A stretch of DNA of 64,000 bases from the human T2T-CHM13v2.0 reference genome, Homo sapiens. Location: assembly GCF_009914755.1 (NCBI RefSeq), contig NC_060928.1; one strand, given 5' to 3'. The notes beneath the pieces were generated by a model that worked only from the letters and a program-made list of their open reading frames with translations, was not told the origin of the DNA and did no database searches. The translations under genes were made by a program, and so were the position numbers. This document shows, in pieces, positions 58,891-64,000 of this stretch (position 1 is its first letter; every line of letters starts with the position of its first letter).

Positions 58891-61800
58891 TAATACCAGA
58901 GCCCCAACACTTCCTTTGAACTAAGCAGAAGCATGATTTGATCAGAAAGAACTTTTGAAAGGTACTTACTCCAACTTTCTTGCAACACACAATCTTCTCA
59001 ATAAATATTTATTGAATAAATGAACATCTCAGTACATTTGTGAATAAATAGGACACAGAAGTTTTTCCTACCAAATACATAAAGTTTCAGAGCGTGCACT
59101 GACACTTTGCATAATGGGGTACCTCATACATTTGGAAGCAGCCAACCCTGCTGCTGCACCTTTTTATTCTTTCAGGCTCTTTCTTAGGTTGGGCCAGCAT
59201 GTTCTTGCTGATGAATGGCTTTTGAGGACACCTGCTCCTTCTTCTCTAGTAAAGCACTTCAGATATAGAGAGACAGTTGCCGTAGCCCCGTCTCCTCTTT
59301 TCCAAACCAGGATCTTGCTCTTGACTCATGATGTGTTGCAGCCCTTCATTTCCTGGCGGATGATATCCCTATCCATATATGGTCCTCAGAGGCAAACACA
59401 ACTCCAGTGAGTTCTGCCCAGCACAAAGCCCATGGTGTCATTCGTGATCTTAAGTAGCTACCATGTTCATGGACAGGCAGCCTATGATTCTGATAGTTTT
59501 TTTAGTAACCAACATTATACAGTTGGCACACAAAAGTAATCAGTCAACTCCAACATCTTTTTAAAAAATCAACTTTTCTCCCTTGATTAAAAAGCAATAC
59601 ATTGTGACTATTGAAGGCTTCGTGGAAAATACAGTGAAAGTAAGGTCACTTATTATCAATCTGTTTGCTAATCCTGAGTTAATCACAGTTAACAGTTTCT
59701 TATATTTTCCTACCATCTTTTTCTGCGTATGTATTTTCATATACTTAGTATCCTAAAGTGTATGCCACTTCGCATCTTGGTTTTGTTTTGCCTTTACTAC
59801 CTTCTAAAATGATTTTCACATAGATTGGCCCCACACTCAGTCAGAATCTCTGGGAAAGGATCCTAGTCATGTGATTTTTCTTTTTTCTTTAATTTTTTTT
59901 TAAATTCCCGGGGAAATTAAACTAAATTAGAAGGCATGAATATTTTTAAAATATGTTTCCCTGTTGATTCTAGTGCACATCCAGGGGCGAAAATCATTAA
60001 CAGAATCTTACGGGCATTTATTTGGTTTTGTTTATCATCTATTTAGTTAGCATTTGCTATTTGGTTGTAAGTATTTTTCCCGCATTTGCAGATCTGATCA
60101 GCATGCTTTCTGTGCATTACTCATTAAGTTGTCAGTTTGACCATGGCCAAAAACAGAGACCTAATGATCTCGCTCTGGCTAGCACACTGATATTAATCAA
60201 CTCTGAGGAAATACTCATTCAGCAAGCTATGTTCTTAATTAGTTTTTCACCTCCCTCCTACAACAAGATCATGTGCAACTCTATAATATAGTATTTTCTA
60301 CAGAAAAAAAGGAGTTAGTTGAATATGACTTGACCATGATCATTTCAGTGCCTGGACAGTCAGCAGAATGCTAGCCTCTCTCTCTTGCTCTAAGAGAGTA
60401 AATGTGGGATTAGACACAGGTGAGCTATTGCTAGAAGAACCAGCCACCAAGCTCCTGAGGGACAGTGGGGTTGGTCACCAGCCTCAGTCCACACCTGCCT
60501 AATCAAGCTGGGTATTCATTCCTCGACTCAGCCAAGAATATCTGAATAGCCAAGAAAGAGGAAAGGGGTGGTGGATGTAAATTATAGGAGAATAATTCTC
60601 TGCAATTCTTTCAATGCACTTGCAAAGATACAATTTCATTTACTTCTTATTCCTCTCTGGGATGTGTATTCCCCATGTTATAGATGAGGACATTGCCCAG
60701 AGCAGTGGGATAGCAGAGTCAACCAGGTTTTCTGACTGCAAGACTAGTATTCCTCCCCTCTCTATCTTGCCTCCCATACAAGTCTCAATCTCCCTCTTCC
60801 CTCCACGAGTCTAGTGGCAACTGCCTTACTGACTGAATTGCACATTGTACTCCCTACCTGACTTTTCAATAGGATGACTTATGTAACACCTTTTAAAAGC
60901 CCATTTTTTCCTGGTATTTATGAAGAACTGGGAGCTTGGCCATGGGCTAAGACTTTCCTCTGCTTGAGTTATCCAATATGGGATTGCCAAATCTGGGTAA
61001 ATACGACTGCTTTCCCCAAACTGGCAGGAGCGAGTCAGAACCTCACATCTCTACCCTTCCTTTTTTATAGGGTACAAGGGTGAAAAGTCTTAGCCTTGCA
61101 GAACTTCTAATAGATAAATATTTAATAGAAAAGAGCACTGGGCTAAAAGTCAGTGCAAAGTTCTGCCTGGTCAGCAGCCTTCATCTTTGTCCCTGCACCA
61201 ATCCCCTTAACTATCCCAAATCTGCAGGCTCAACCCCCTTCTCACCTCTGGGACCACCCCTATCTATGGGCCTAGCGGGGTTGGCCCAACACTCAGACAC
61301 CTTTTTCTGGACGCTGTGGTGTTTCTTTGCCCCCTCTCCCTTCATAAGCCCCATCTTTGATGTAATCATGAGGTTCCAGCCCTATTTCTTAAACCTGAAT
61401 ATCCATTTATGCCTCTTGCCAACAACTTCAGTCCCCATGGGACTGAGCTTCTGACTTTTTTAGTGCTGGATACCCTCCCAGGGGTAAGAGGCCTGTTCCC
61501 AAAAATGGGGCCCAGTGCCTGCGGCCTGGATACTAAACACCTCAATCTCCGACGTCGCCTGCTCCCAGCTTCCTTTCCTGGGTTTCACCAGCAGTCGATT
61601 ACATTGCCTCCTTCTGCAGCCACAACATTCAAAGATTTCATTCTGTTTCTCAGGCTGCACTGCTCTTGGCAAAGGCCTCTCCATGTGTTCCCCAGGTGCC
61701 TTATCTGAGTTCTGACCTACATAGTCTGACCCTCCCGAGGGATAACCAGGGAACCAGGGCATGCTAGCCATGTCCCAAGATGGGAGGGTACAGAGAACTG

Positions 61801-62625
61801 GTTCTAGGCCTGGCTCTTCTACCAATTGTCTGAGTGGCCTAGGACAAGTCACAGGGCCTCCTGAAGCCTCCTTACCCAACCTCAGAACAGGTCTCTATAC
61901 CAAAGGGGGTAAGTGGGGGTGGTGGATGGACCTAGAAACATACTAGAACATCTGCAGTTTGAAGATTCTTTTAAAGTCATTTATGCAACGGGTAAGAGGG
62001 AAAGCCCTCTTTCTCTAAACATACACTTGCACACTCTTGACTTGTGTCAAATTCTGGTGTGTCTAACAGTGAACAAAGAAGCTTGGTTGCCACAGGCTGT
62101 CAGCCAAGACCCTCCCAGGGGAACTTCAGGCCCAGGAGAAGGGAAAGCAGCTCTGTGGAATGGGTGCTCACTACTCTCCCTGAGCCATGGCTCGCCTGAG
62201 ACTCACCTTCAACATGGCACTCCCAGCAACCAGAATCAAAAGACCACAACACAAAACTTATTGCTGTCTTTCCCCAGAGCAAAGCCCACTGCGTAGAACC
62301 ATTGACAGAGATATTAACTCAGGCAAAATTAGATGCACCCCAGAGGCAGCCAGGAAGGGGCAGGGCTGGTACCAAAGGACAAGGGGTACTGGTGGAGGCT
62401 TGAGAAGAGGAGAAGGGGGTGTTCCTGCTTCCCACCTGCCCCCTTCCTGGGGTTGTACATGTGTGTGTAGGAGTGAGCCTCCTTCTCCCCTGTGTTGCTT
62501 TCAGAGCCACTCCTTGTTTTCTGGAGGACAAGGACACATTCCCTGCCAAATCTCCTTCGTTTGGTAAAGCTATACCCTAGGTACCTTTGGGTCAAGGAAA
62601 AGAGATTCCTCATAAATTCATCTAA

Positions 62626-62979
<354 letters not shown>

Positions 62980-63821
62980 TAAATTTCTTAAAACTGATTC
63001 CACTCCTCACACTCAGATAATTGTATAGATTTTAGTTTATAGACCAAAAGGGGGCATAATTTTATATTTGTAAAAACTAACAAAATAGGTTGGCTTATAA
63101 ATATGTATTTCAGTTTATTTGACTAGCTAGAATATTTGTTATTTATTCTTCAAATGCAAAATGCCAAATTCATTTTTTAAAACAACAATAATAATGAAGT
63201 CCCGTGTGTGCCAGCCAGGGAGTGTGGGGGCTGGGTGGGGAGGGTGTGTTCACATGGTGGGGGGAGGCTTCTCTCCTGCAGCAGGCTCACCGGAGGTCCC
63301 AGGGCAGCCCTGCCCAAGCGTGACATACGTTAGAAAGAAACCATTCCCATCATTCACAACTGTCTTGTGAGGTGGCTTAGACAAGTGTTGTTCTTATTTT
63401 ACAAATGAGGAAATTAAGGCTGGAGAGGTTAAAGGGCCTTTCCACGATCTCATGACTCATTATGGCTGGAAATAGAACGTGGCCGGTCCCCTGGCTTTTT
63501 CTGCTGCTTTCTCCGGGACTGGCAGCTATGACAGTTCTGCTTTGATATGGAGTGTGCCCCTCCACTTTTCTCCATCCCAAGGGACACATTTCCACGCAGT
63601 GAACATCAGTGCACACCAGGGACCCTTCTTCCTCACCAGCCAGCCCCAGATGAGTCCCCCTGATGAACTGATGCTCTGAGGAACGAGTGAGGGACCACAG
63701 TCAAAGATCATGCAGCAGGGAGGCAGGGTGAGAGGTGTTCATCCTCCGTGTTGCCAGACATGCCTGTACCCGGAAGACGGAATCAGATGCAGGGTTTCAA
63801 AGGGAGACAGATGCAAGAAGT

Positions 63822-64000
63822 CCATTCAGATGCCTGTAGCTTCCATTCCATGCCTGCAGCTTCCCATTCGGATGCCTGCAGCTTCCCATCCCATGCCTGC
63901 AGCTTCCCATTCGGATGCCTGTAGCTTCCCATCCCATTCCTGCAGCTTCCCATCTCATGCCTGCAGCTTCCCATCCCATGCCTGTAGCTTCCCATCCCAT
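63822..64000. repeat. ~21-bp minisatellite (atgcctgYagcttcccatccc), 8 or more copies, runs off the window
   Basis: 21-bp units interspersed with 22-bp ...cccattcgg variants. Confidence 0.93.

Overview
Primate (very likely human or great-ape) genomic DNA. It contains about 31 AluJ/S/Y copies and a FLAM, plus MIR, L2, old L1M fragments, MaLR/ERVL solo LTRs and hAT/Tigger DNA-transposon fossils. It opens at the trailing edge of a CpG-rich island. I found no credible protein-coding gene, RNA gene or processed pseudogene. The supplied ORFs are Alu-derived, repeat-derived or chance ORFs, so the window looks intronic or intergenic, and I cannot name the locus. I found no support for a novel multi-gene system. 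The most informative signals are mutational scars: a 52-bp inverted templated insertion with fold-back sequence inside an Alu (35123-35210, donor at 36092-36143), several microhomology-type tandem duplications, and three minisatellites. These are a 29-bp unit born from L1, a 64-bp x13 array whose variation sits almost only at CpG positions, and a 21-bp unit at the window end. Repeat subfamily names come from my recollection of consensus sequences and need RepeatMasker/Dfam confirmation; their boundaries are approximate.
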